This document shows positions 17,083 to 26,006 of a DNA stretch of 64,000 bases, in pieces. The stretch comes from a virus: positions 4,362-68,361 of IMG/VR virus record IMGVR_UViG_3300037086_000398. One strand, given 5' to 3'. Every line of letters starts with the position of its first letter. Position 1 is the stretch's first letter. Made by a program: the position numbers and the translations under genes. The notes beneath the pieces were generated by a model that had not been told where the DNA came from, ran no database searches, and was given only the letters and a program-made list of their open reading frames with translations.

Positions 17083-17103
17083 GTAACCCGGAGAAAAAAA
17101 TTA

Positions 17104-19110
17104 ATGGAATTTCAATTCTTAGGTCTTACCGTCGGGACTGTTAAGAAAGAGCAAAATCTAAACCAAAAAAAAGCTGAAAAGATTCAGGATTACCTGAACC
17201 GTTTCAAAATCACTTCTAGAGATCTAGACAGTTCTGAAGCAAGAAAATACGCAGCAAATATGACTTCTCCTTGGCAGGGGTATTCCTGGGTTCAGGACAT
17301 CACTGATCTCACGAATAGCAGACCTGTCAGATATAGAGATTATAGAGAAATGTGTAGAGTTCCTGAACTCAATCAGGGACTCAATATTTACGCCGATAAT
17401 GCAACCCAATCAGACATTAACAACAATGTTCTTCAAATTGAATCAGACAACAACAAAGTAGTAGAAATACTCGAGCGACTTTTCTTTGAGAGACTCGACA
17501 TTAATGCCCAATTGTGGAATTGGACAAGAAATATGTGCAAACTGGGAGACGAATTTCTCGAAGTCGTACCAGATAATTTAGCAAAACCACGACATATTGT
17601 TGCAATTGAGAGGATTCGAAGACCAGAAAGATTGGAGAGAGTTGAGAAGGACGGCAATCTAGAAAAATTCACCTACACTTTTGATGAGGATGAATCACAT
17701 AAGAAGCAGGGTGATTTCCAACCATGGCAAGTGGTTCATCTCCTTATAGATGACGATGATTTGCATCCATATGGCCGCTCTATTTTTGAGGCTGGAAGAA
17801 AGACTTTCAAAAGATTGACATTAATGGAAGATGCGATGTTGATCTATCGCATTTCTAGAGCTCCAGAAAGAAGAGTGTTTTATATTGATGTTGGAAACCT
17901 TTCCACTAAGGATGCTAATCATTATGTTGAGCAGCTAAAGAGAACTTTCAAGAAGAAGGTCTATGTCAATCCAACTACTGGTGATGTTGATGAAAAAGCA
18001 AACCCATTAGCAGTTGATGAAGACTTTTTTGTTCCAGTGAGAGAAGGATCTACAGGAACAAGAATTGAAACTCTTCCAGCTGGTATGAATCTTGGAGAAA
18101 TTGATGACGTCAAATACTTCAAAGATCAAATCCTTCGAACAATGGGAATTCCATCTTCTTATTTGGGAACTGGTGAAGGTGGTGCAGGATGGGATCCAAA
18201 GAGTTATTTGTCGCATCAAGAAATTCAATTCTCAAGGACAGTTGAAAGAATTCAACGTCACTTGATAAAGGGTCTTGAGAAAGTAGCCATAGTAGAATTG
18301 GTGTTCAGTGGAATTGATGAATCTGAATTCAAGAATTTCAAAATTAAATTGACTCCTCCATCAAATGTAGATCAATTGATGGAAATTGAAGTTCGCAATC
18401 AACAATTTGCACTCATTCAATCAATCAAGGGAATCAGCCCTGATCTTCCTTTCCTCTCTGATGAGTGGATTTATAAGGAAGTGTTGGGATTCAATGATAA
18501 ACAAATCAACCAAATCAAATTGCAAATTCAAATGCAATTGCAGCTCTCTGCACAACTTAAGCAAATGTTTGGTGGGGAAGGGGCTGAAGGTGGTGGAGCT
18601 ATGGGTGGTGGAGGCGGAGCAGCAGGTGGAGTTCCTGGAGTTGCAGGTGGGCCAGAAATGGGTGGAGCTATGGGAGCAGAAGCGGGAGCTGGAGGGGCGG
18701 CTGGGGCTGAAGCAGGTGGAGGAGCAATGGGAGCTGGAGCGGCGGGAGCAGCACCAGGGGGAGCACCTCCGGCGGGTGGAGCACCCCCAGCACCAGGTGG
18801 TGGAGGTCTACAAGTCGCTAGCAGAGATATGGTGAGTTTTGATGGCGGAAAATGGTTGATGGAAAATAAGGGTGACGCAAAAAAACTATTGCAGTATATT
18901 TCATTATACGAAAAAGTAAATAAAGATAAATCTAATAAAAAGCACAGAGTTTATGAGGATAATTCGCTGACCCGAATGACCATTAAGGGTGAATTCAGGG
19001 GTCTATTAAAGGCAACCTCTATAACTAATGGCTCTCCCAAAACATTAAGCGAAGACACTTCTGAAGAAAATCAAAACACATCAAACAGTAATGCTGTACA
19101 GCAGCAGTAA
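17104..19110 (+). CDS. portal protein (T4 gp20-like by synteny) with Gly/Ala-rich low-complexity insert
   Basis: 668 aa, positioned immediately upstream of the protease/scaffold/gp23-like capsid block. Contains a ~90-aa GGAxGA low-complexity segment ('GGEGAEGGGAMGGGGGAAGG...'). Confidence 0.7.
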   Translation: MEFQFLGLTVGTVKKEQNLNQKKAEKIQDYLNRFKITSRDLDSSEARKYAANMTSPWQGYSWVQDITDLTNSRPVRYRDYREMCRVPELNQGLNIYADNATQSDINNNVLQIESDNNKVVEILERLFFERLDINAQLWNWTRNMCKLGDEFLEVVPDNLAKPRHIVAIERIRRPERLERVEKDGNLEKFTYTFDEDESHKKQGDFQPWQVVHLLIDDDDLHPYGRSIFEAGRKTFKRLTLMEDAMLIYRISRAPERRVFYIDVGNLSTKDANHYVEQLKRTFKKKVYVNPTTGDVDEKANPLAVDEDFFVPVREGSTGTRIETLPAGMNLGEIDDVKYFKDQILRTMGIPSSYLGTGEGGAGWDPKSYLSHQEIQFSRTVERIQRHLIKGLEKVAIVELVFSGIDESEFKNFKIKLTPPSNVDQLMEIEVRNQQFALIQSIKGISPDLPFLSDEWIYKEVLGFNDKQINQIKLQIQMQLQLSAQLKQMFGGEGAEGGGAMGGGGGAAGGVPGVAGGPEMGGAMGAEAGAGGAAGAEAGGGAMGAGAAGAAPGGAPPAGGAPPAPGGGGLQVASRDMVSFDGGKWLMENKGDAKKLLQYISLYEKVNKDKSNKKHRVYEDNSLTRMTIKGEFRGLLKATSITNGSPKTLSEDTSEENQNTSNSNAVQQQ

Positions 19111-19130
19111 TCTCCATCGGAGGGAGGAAT

Positions 19131-20456
19131 ATGCAATTAACCTACAATAAATTTAAGCAGGTGGTGGATCTTAGCAATCAGAAGTTGTTTGACAAAGTGG
19201 CTGAAGCGCTTGCTGTGTCTGATAACGCTGCACTTGTTGCAATGTATGATGACAAGCTAATGGTCTTGGATGAGCAGAACGAACAGCTGTACCTTTGCAA
19301 TTACACTTTGGAAAATGGAAAACTCGGAATGCACAATTTCGAGCCAGTAAGCCTTATCGAAAACGATTCTTCATACCTCGAAGAGGTTGTTGATAAGTAT
19401 TTCGATCTTGATGACGAGTCTCCAATTACCCTTGGTGAAATGTTGACTGGTTTCAATCTTAAGTTTAAGAATGAAAGCAAGCATGTTTTTACCGAAGCCG
19501 AAGATCTAAAGGCAAGAAAAGAAATGGAGTCTCCAAGAATCAGAGCAATTAAGAAGGCAAGAGAAGCCAGAGATATGTTTGCAGAGGAAATCCAGAATCT
19601 TTTGGAAGAGCCATTCATTCAGCATCTAACGATGAAGACCGATCAAGCACAGGACGCAATCGCTCCTGCACTTAATAAGGTTTCTTTTAAGCAGCCTTAT
19701 CCAATCTTTGTAAATCTTTGGGATCCAAACCCAGAGCCAGGACTAATCACTCTCAGAGACAACACTAATGTAATGGACGCAATGAAGAACGTTGCTAAGC
19801 ACTTGTCAGACAAGTGGAAGTCCGATGCATTCAGAGGAAAGTTTGAGAAGATGGTCAATCAGATTATCAGAACAGAGTCTGTTGAACTAGCACGCACACT
19901 AGTCCTTAATTTCTTGGATGAGAACAAGGAATTGTTTTTGCTCAAAGATTCACTCTTTGAGGAATTGATGGTAAAGACGTCATTGATGCTTGGTGAGACT
20001 GATACAGATTCAGTCCTCAAGATTTTCAAGAACATCATGGAAAGCAAGGAAGGAAGAATGATGAAGATTGGGTTCTTCAGAAAGAATAAGATTGATGAAT
20101 CCAAGCTTGCCGAAGTAAACGCTATTGTTGAGCAGGGCGAAGCTGCCCCAGCAGCCGATGCTGCCGCAACTCCTGCTGAACCAAGCAAGAAGGCCGGAAA
20201 TGATCTTGATACAGATGAAGTCAATAAGATCATCGACATTTTCAAGAAGATCAAGAAGAACCTAGAGGAAGATTCACCAGAAGCTTCCTACATTGACGGT
20301 TTGATCAGCGCTCTCGATTCTGCCAAAGTCAGCGGTATTGAGGATTCCAAGATGAAGGAAGTCATCGATTTCCTTTCTTCTGTTGGAAACTCAAAGAAAG
20401 GTGACAAGGGAGAAGCTGAAGCAACGCCTGACAAAGACAAAGAGGTAGAGCTCTAA
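19131..20456 (+). CDS. hypothetical head-module protein (441 aa) between portal and protease
   Basis: Sits inside the head morphogenesis block; helical and acidic with an Ala-rich linker; no motif recognised. Confidence 0.35.
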   Translation: MQLTYNKFKQVVDLSNQKLFDKVAEALAVSDNAALVAMYDDKLMVLDEQNEQLYLCNYTLENGKLGMHNFEPVSLIENDSSYLEEVVDKYFDLDDESPITLGEMLTGFNLKFKNESKHVFTEAEDLKARKEMESPRIRAIKKAREARDMFAEEIQNLLEEPFIQHLTMKTDQAQDAIAPALNKVSFKQPYPIFVNLWDPNPEPGLITLRDNTNVMDAMKNVAKHLSDKWKSDAFRGKFEKMVNQIIRTESVELARTLVLNFLDENKELFLLKDSLFEELMVKTSLMLGETDTDSVLKIFKNIMESKEGRMMKIGFFRKNKIDESKLAEVNAIVEQGEAAPAADAAATPAEPSKKAGNDLDTDEVNKIIDIFKKIKKNLEEDSPEASYIDGLISALDSAKVSGIEDSKMKEVIDFLSSVGNSKKGDKGEAEATPDKDKEVEL

Positions 20457-21364
20457 TGGATAACATGCTACAAGAGTTTAACGCTCTAAGCTACCAGTTA
20501 GAAGAACTCAACGAAGACGGACAACCAAAGAAGTTTCGTCTTAAGGGCGTTTTTCAGGCGGCCGACGTGCCCAACGGCAACAAAAGGATGTACCCGAGAG
20601 CAGTTCTCGAAAGCGCAATTACTGGCGTAAAGCCAATGGTAACAGAAAGAAGGATGCTTGGAGAGTTGGATCACCCAGCTGATGCCAAGATCCATTTAGA
20701 TAAAGTGTCACACATTGTGACAAAATTGGAAATGACAGCAGATGGAAAAGTATATGGTGAAGCTGAAGTTCTCCCAACCGCACCAGGAAGAATCCTTGAA
20801 TCCTTGCTGAAAAGCCAGGTGAAGCTTGGAATTTCCTCACGCGGATTTGGAAGCACAAAGGCAAACGATGCTGGACTTGATGAAGTTCAGAGCGATTACA
20901 AGATCGTGACATTCGACATTGTATCTGATCCATCAACACCTGGTGCATTTCCTTCAGCAGTGTATGAGGACAAGAAAGTAGAACAGAAAGAAGAAGAGAA
21001 GGAAGAAGAGCAAGAGCCCGAATATGTCGTGACTCTAGAGTCAGTTGTTGAAGAGATCCTCGATACTGGTGCTGAAGTCGTAAAAGAAAACAAAGAATTT
21101 GTTTGCACTGATGGAGAAGGAAACCGCTTCTACCTAGTAGAGGGCGAGAAAGATTCATACGGACATTTGAATTTTCACGTGTCCCATGATTTCCATCTCC
21201 TAATGAAGAGCGAGGATCGCAGAGAAGAGTTGGGAATCAATGACACCAACCTATCGCTTATAGAAGACGTATATGGCGATACTATCGCATCTAAGATTAG
21301 AAAATCACTTGCAAATCTTGGGTACGATGCACAGACATTGAACCGCAAGAAGGAGGACAAGTAA
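20456..21364 (+). CDS. prohead protease (T4 gp21-like / HK97-type prohead serine protease fold)
   Basis: 'FRLKGVF...NKRMYPRAVLE...GELDHP...VSHIVTKLEMTADGKVYGEAEVLPT...GISSRGFGS' resembles the prohead-protease signature pattern; lies between portal and scaffold. Confidence 0.65.
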   Translation: MDNMLQEFNALSYQLEELNEDGQPKKFRLKGVFQAADVPNGNKRMYPRAVLESAITGVKPMVTERRMLGELDHPADAKIHLDKVSHIVTKLEMTADGKVYGEAEVLPTAPGRILESLLKSQVKLGISSRGFGSTKANDAGLDEVQSDYKIVTFDIVSDPSTPGAFPSAVYEDKKVEQKEEEKEEEQEPEYVVTLESVVEEILDTGAEVVKENKEFVCTDGEGNRFYLVEGEKDSYGHLNFHVSHDFHLLMKSEDRREELGINDTNLSLIEDVYGDTIASKIRKSLANLGYDAQTLNRKKEDK

Positions 21365-22155
21365 TGACTCTTAAGGATATAAAGCTAACGGAAGAGCAAC
21401 AGCAGGAATTGAAAGACAAGCTCGATACTTGGAAGGTTGCAGAGAAGCAGAAAATCGAGGAAGAGCTCACCGAAAAATACGAACAAATGGAAGCTCAGCT
21501 CAAAGAAGAGTATGAGAACCTCGTTGAGGAAATCAAAGGCAATATGAAGAAAGTCTATGCCAAGAGATTTACCAAGGCCCTCAAGGAAATGTATGATGAG
21601 ATCAAGGCTGAAGTCATGGTCGAGTCATTGAATTCTCCTGAAGCTAAGGCTCTTGAGGAAATCAAGACAATCATATTCCCACTACTCAATGAAACCACAG
21701 CAAAGAGATACCGCGACGAATTTGCCAAGTTGGCCGAAATGTATGAGAACTCCATTGAAGAGAGCGAGCAGTTGAGAGGAGCTCACAGAAAGGCCCAGTT
21801 GCTTGGATCTTTGTCGGAAGACGTTCGCAAGGTAGTCGATAAGCTTCTTGGCGAAGGAACAGAAGAGGAGATCGTCGAGAGATTCGCTTCAATCAAGTCC
21901 GCGCTAAAGGAAGAAATGACTCCTAAGAAGAAGGTCGTCACAGAGGAAGAGACTGGTTCAACAGTTGATACCGAGACCGAAGAAGAGGAAGAGGAAGAAG
22001 AGGAAGAGGAGACCACGAGAGAAGAAGTGAGAGTTAGAAGGACAGTCTCTGAGCCAACTAGAGAAGAGGTCGAAGAGCCAAAGGACGCCGAATTCGAGAA
22101 GTATCTTAACGAGCAGCTAGTACTAGCTGGTATCAAGAGAAACAGAAAGAAATAA
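21364..22155 (+). CDS. scaffolding protein (gp22-like)
   Basis: Coiled-coil, highly charged, with a poly-Glu run; immediately upstream of the major capsid gene. Confidence 0.55.
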   Translation: MTLKDIKLTEEQQQELKDKLDTWKVAEKQKIEEELTEKYEQMEAQLKEEYENLVEEIKGNMKKVYAKRFTKALKEMYDEIKAEVMVESLNSPEAKALEEIKTIIFPLLNETTAKRYRDEFAKLAEMYENSIEESEQLRGAHRKAQLLGSLSEDVRKVVDKLLGEGTEEEIVERFASIKSALKEEMTPKKKVVTEEETGSTVDTETEEEEEEEEEEETTREEVRVRRTVSEPTREEVEEPKDAEFEKYLNEQLVLAGIKRNRKK

Positions 22156-22250
22156 ACCTACGGGTTTTTAAACGAAACGACGATCCATTTCCAACTATTT
22201 TGTCTGTACGTCTAGTTTAGACCAGGACAAAAATTTAGGGAGGTTATTTA

Positions 22251-23834
22251 ATGGACATTCAGAAAATGATGATGGAAGAAAGGGAGAAACTGCTAGTTAA
22301 GTGGCAGCCCTTCCTAGAGGGCATTGACAATGATTACATCGCTGGTAACACTGCACTGCTCCTCGAAAATGAGGCCCGCTATTTGGCGGAAGCCCCAACA
22401 CAAGCATCCGACGTTGTCGGTTTGCAAAAGATCATGTTGCCAATCGTAAGACGTGTATTCCCAAATCTTATTGCTAACAACTTGGTCTCAGTACAGCCAA
22501 TTGCTGCCCCAGCCGGAATTATCTTCTACTTGAGATACATCTTCGGAACCCAGAGACCAGGCGTTACGCCAACTGGTGTCGGTGATGAATTCTCTATGTA
22601 TGAGGATACAGCAGGACAGATGGCCGGATACAACCCATGGTATTCAACCGACGAAATCGGACCATACGTTGCCACAGGCGCGAACGTTGCAAACAACGGA
22701 ACAGTCGCCACCCCAGGAGCTGCCGCTCAGTATACTCAGTGGCCACTTGCTGGAAGCAGCGCGTTCTTCGGAACAATTGAAGAGTTGAATGCTGATGGCT
22801 CTGTAGCCGCAGTATTTTCTTTCTCTTTTGACGCCGGATACCCACTTCCTGGCTCAATCAGCCTTGGAAATTTCGGTAATCCATCCAACACAGGTCTTCC
22901 ACTAGCAGTGACTCAGAACAGTCAGTTGCCAGCTGGAACATATCCTGGGTACAACGTCAGACCAGCCGATAAGCTACAGGTTACAACCAATTATACCGTC
23001 TCTGTTGCAAACAACACTGGTATCGTTACAGTAACCAATGCTACCGGTGCTGCAGTTGCAGGTTTGAAGGTTTCAGCTTGGTACAAGACCAACTTGGAAT
23101 ATTCCACTGCAATCCCTGAGATGAAGATCACTATTTCTTCTATCCCAGTAGCAGTAAAGACCCGCAAGCTAAAGGCTATGTGGTCACAGGAATCTGAGCA
23201 AGACTTGAAGGCATATCACGGTCTTTCCGCTGATGCCGAATTGACTGCACTCGTTTCTAACGAAATGATTGCTGAAATCGACCGCGAAATCATCCAGAAG
23301 TGTCTCACAATTGCTCCAGCTACCTCAAGAATGACACACAACTATTCCGCATTTGCCGGAAACAACGTCACTGGAAACTTCCTTGATAGCCACTTGGCAA
23401 TCATGCAGAAGGTAACAGTCCTTTCAAATGAAATCTTCAGAAAGAGCAAGATTGGACCAGCCAACTGGATCGTAACTGGAACCAAGGTTGCATCATATAT
23501 CGAAGTATTGAAGGGATTCATTCCAAATCCAGTAACAGCATCTATGGGCATGAATATCGTAAAAGCAGGCACGTATGCCGGAAAATTCGATATTTATAAG
23601 GACCCAATGTTCCCAGATGATAAGATGTTGATGGGCCACAAGTCTCCAGCTTCTCCATTTGGAGCCGGGTTGGTTTACAGTCCTTATGTTACCAACTTGA
23701 CACCAGTCCTGGTTGGGCAAGATGACTTCAATCCACGCAGAGGATTCCTCGCGAGATATGGATTGACGCAAGTACCTTTTGGACAGTTGTTATATGGGGT
23801 TCTCTCCATTACCAATTTGCCAGGTGCATACTAA
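22251..23834 (+). CDS. major capsid protein, T4 gp23-like
   Basis: 527 aa. 'IVRRVFPNLIANNLVSVQPI' and 'QDLKAYHGLSADAELTALVSNEMIAEIDREI' closely resemble T4 gp23 segments recalled from memory; strong RBS 'agggagg'. Confidence 0.8.
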   Translation: MDIQKMMMEEREKLLVKWQPFLEGIDNDYIAGNTALLLENEARYLAEAPTQASDVVGLQKIMLPIVRRVFPNLIANNLVSVQPIAAPAGIIFYLRYIFGTQRPGVTPTGVGDEFSMYEDTAGQMAGYNPWYSTDEIGPYVATGANVANNGTVATPGAAAQYTQWPLAGSSAFFGTIEELNADGSVAAVFSFSFDAGYPLPGSISLGNFGNPSNTGLPLAVTQNSQLPAGTYPGYNVRPADKLQVTTNYTVSVANNTGIVTVTNATGAAVAGLKVSAWYKTNLEYSTAIPEMKITISSIPVAVKTRKLKAMWSQESEQDLKAYHGLSADAELTALVSNEMIAEIDREIIQKCLTIAPATSRMTHNYSAFAGNNVTGNFLDSHLAIMQKVTVLSNEIFRKSKIGPANWIVTGTKVASYIEVLKGFIPNPVTASMGMNIVKAGTYAGKFDIYKDPMFPDDKMLMGHKSPASPFGAGLVYSPYVTNLTPVLVGQDDFNPRRGFLARYGLTQVPFGQLLYGVLSITNLPGAY

Positions 23835-23856
23835 GAATTGAAGTTTTAGAAACTAT

Positions 23857-23886
23857 AGCCTCCCATTTCTGGGAGGCTTTTTTTGT
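23857..23886 (+). terminator. rho-independent terminator after the capsid gene
   Basis: 'agcctccc-atttct-gggaggct' followed by TTTTTTT. Confidence 0.75.
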
Positions 23887-23977
23887 CTTACAACCAAGAG
23901 CTGACCAAATGGAACATGAGTGAAGCCGTAATTAGCACAACACAGATTTCTATTGGACAGTTTGCATATATTCTTGT

Positions 23978-24928
23978 ATGAAAGAAATGAGAATTTGTTC
24001 TGTCTGCAAAAAACCAATAGAAAACCCTAGAGCGAAATATCATCCTGAATGCAGGTCTAAACGAGCACCTCGTGTTTTATTCACTTGTCCAATATGTGGA
24101 ACCGTAAAAGAGGTTCTCGCCAGCAAAGCCAAACATATGAAATACTGCAGTGATAACTGCAAGTACAAAATTTGTAATAAGAAAGAACATACTTTCAATA
24201 TTCCAAAAGAAGAAATCGAAAGATTGTATTTCGATGAAAAGAAATCTGTTCAAGAAATAGCCGAAGTCTATCACACTACAAAAACAACCATTTTCAAAAA
24301 ATTCAAACTCCATGGAATCAAAACAAGAAGTGTAAGTGAGGGACGCAGTGTTTTTCTTACTGAGCATCCTGATGAGAATCCCTTCAAAAGAGAAGATGTA
24401 AAAGAGAAAATAAGGCCTCATCTTTCAAAACCAGAAAATATAGCAAAGCGCCTAAAAGGAATCCAAAAATATTTCATTGAATTACCATTGACAGAAAGAG
24501 AAGAATGGATACAAAATATAAAAACTGGCATGCAAAATATGACGGATGAACAAAAACATCATGCCATGATTCGTCAAATGGAAACCAAACGAAGAAATGG
24601 AACCCTCAACTGCACTGGAATTGAGGATAGATTTGCAAAAATTCTAGATAAGCATAATATTCAATATGAACGGGAGTTCATTGTTCCAGAAGGAAACCGT
24701 CGATATCGATATGATTTCAGAATAGGAAAGCTTCTCTATGAGATCCAAGGAACTCATACTCATGCAGATCGCAGAGTTTATGGTCCTGACGACATCATAG
24801 AAACTGGCTTGAAAGGATGGAAGAAGAGACCTGCTAAAGAGATTTGGGAAGAGGATAGAAAAAAGAAGGAATACGCGGAGGGTTTCGGGTATCAAGTACA
24901 TCAAAAATGGGAGAAAGACATAAAATGA
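23978..24928 (+). CDS. putative homing-endonuclease-like protein (Cys4 zinc fingers, HTH, C-terminal PD-(D/E)xK-like nuclease domain)
   Basis: N-terminal 'CSVCKK...CPICG...CSDNCKYKIC'; an HTH-like 'SVQEIAEVYHTTKTTIFKKFKLHGI'; C-terminal 'FAKILDKHNIQYEREFIVPEGNRRYRYDFRI..LLYEIQG' resembles DUF559/Vsr-like nuclease cores. Confidence 0.4.
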   Translation: MKEMRICSVCKKPIENPRAKYHPECRSKRAPRVLFTCPICGTVKEVLASKAKHMKYCSDNCKYKICNKKEHTFNIPKEEIERLYFDEKKSVQEIAEVYHTTKTTIFKKFKLHGIKTRSVSEGRSVFLTEHPDENPFKREDVKEKIRPHLSKPENIAKRLKGIQKYFIELPLTEREEWIQNIKTGMQNMTDEQKHHAMIRQMETKRRNGTLNCTGIEDRFAKILDKHNIQYEREFIVPEGNRRYRYDFRIGKLLYEIQGTHTHADRRVYGPDDIIETGLKGWKKRPAKEIWEEDRKKKEYAEGFGYQVHQKWEKDIK

Positions 24929-25194
24929 TTAGAGGTGAATTTTACGAAATCTATGAGTTGTTTGAGCACTTTCCAATAAAGGCAGCTGTGAAGTTGTTTG
25001 AGGACAGCGCAGAGGAATGGTATAAAGTTACCACAGTAAATTGGACTCATGCCACGGAAAATGGTAGAACAAATCACAAGAAGGTTCATAGAAATGTTTA
25101 TCGATGGACGTTGGAGGAATTGATTGAATTTATTCGAGACACTGAAGAAGTGGCCGAAGATATCATTTCAATTGAGAAATGTGAGGCCTTATGA
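24907..25194 (+). CDS. hypothetical protein
   Basis: 95-aa ORF. Confidence 0.3.
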   Translation: MGERHKMIRGEFYEIYELFEHFPIKAAVKLFEDSAEEWYKVTTVNWTHATENGRTNHKKVHRNVYRWTLEELIEFIRDTEEVAEDIISIEKCEAL

Positions 25195-25418
25195 CCAATG
25201 TTAGAAAAGCCAAACTTCTTCTGCAGGGATGTGAATGTAAGAATTGTTTTTATTTTCAACAGGCGATAGTTGTCTTCAACTTTTTTTCTTCTGATATTGA
25301 AGAGTACAACCAAATCCTTCGAAAAAAGAAAACACATTGTGGAATTAGTGAGATCAATGGAAAACGATATTTGAGCAGAATTGGTCTTTGTCATGCATGG
25401 AAAAAGAGACTTAAGTAG
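25191..25418 (+). CDS. SCR-family small Cys protein (isolated copy)
   Basis: 'KAKLLLQGCECKNC...HCG...LCHAW'. Confidence 0.5.
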   Translation: MTNVRKAKLLLQGCECKNCFYFQQAIVVFNFFSSDIEEYNQILRKKKTHCGISEINGKRYLSRIGLCHAWKKRLK

Positions 25419-25437
25419 CAAGGCATATTTTCTTCAT

Positions 25438-25935
25438 ATGAAAGTTCAACTCAATGCAGATGATGTAAAAAAGTGTCACGATTTTGCCTACAGTAAGACT
25501 GAAAATCTGACTGACAATAGAGACAAGAAATTCCAAGACCATTTTGTGGGCAAAATGGCAGAAACTGCTGTTTATAGGCAATTTGGATCAGATCGCTGCA
25601 CTCCTCCAGATTACAATGTTCATAAAGCGAATTTCAATCCAGATCTTATTGCAACTTTGGATGGAAAAAATATTCCATTGGCTGTGAAGAGTCAAGAAAT
25701 CAAACAATCTGAAAGATGTGGTAGATTCTCAATCAGTTTCAATCCAAGTGATCCAATTATGAATCAGCCTGATGAAATGGTGGCTATTTGTCAAGTTGAT
25801 GAAAAAACTCATGAAGTTGAAATCTATCCTCTTGTAAAGATGGACAAAATACTTCCACATATCACAGACCCCAAAGCTCTTAGTATGAAAGGAAAAATTC
25901 GAGTCGCCTACGCTAGAGACATCTACCAAAAGTAA
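25438..25935 (+). CDS. hypothetical protein
   Basis: ORF 25381-25935 with a probable start at 25438. Confidence 0.35.
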   Translation: MKVQLNADDVKKCHDFAYSKTENLTDNRDKKFQDHFVGKMAETAVYRQFGSDRCTPPDYNVHKANFNPDLIATLDGKNIPLAVKSQEIKQSERCGRFSISFNPSDPIMNQPDEMVAICQVDEKTHEVEIYPLVKMDKILPHITDPKALSMKGKIRVAYARDIYQK

Positions 25936-25937
25936 GG

Positions 25938-25960
25938 GCCACCCATGGGTGGCTTTTTTT
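25938..25960 (+). terminator. rho-independent terminator
   Basis: 'gccacccatgggtggc' followed by TTTTTTT. Confidence 0.75.
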
Positions 25961-26006
25961 GTCTCTACTTCGTACCAGTTTCAAAGATAAATATAGGAGA
26001 AACTCT

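Noticed and set aside
20619-22136. Minus-strand ORFs inside the protease and scaffold genes (20619-21158, 21783-22136)
   Set aside because: They overlap well-supported + strand head-module genes and are Ser/Leu-rich antisense frames.
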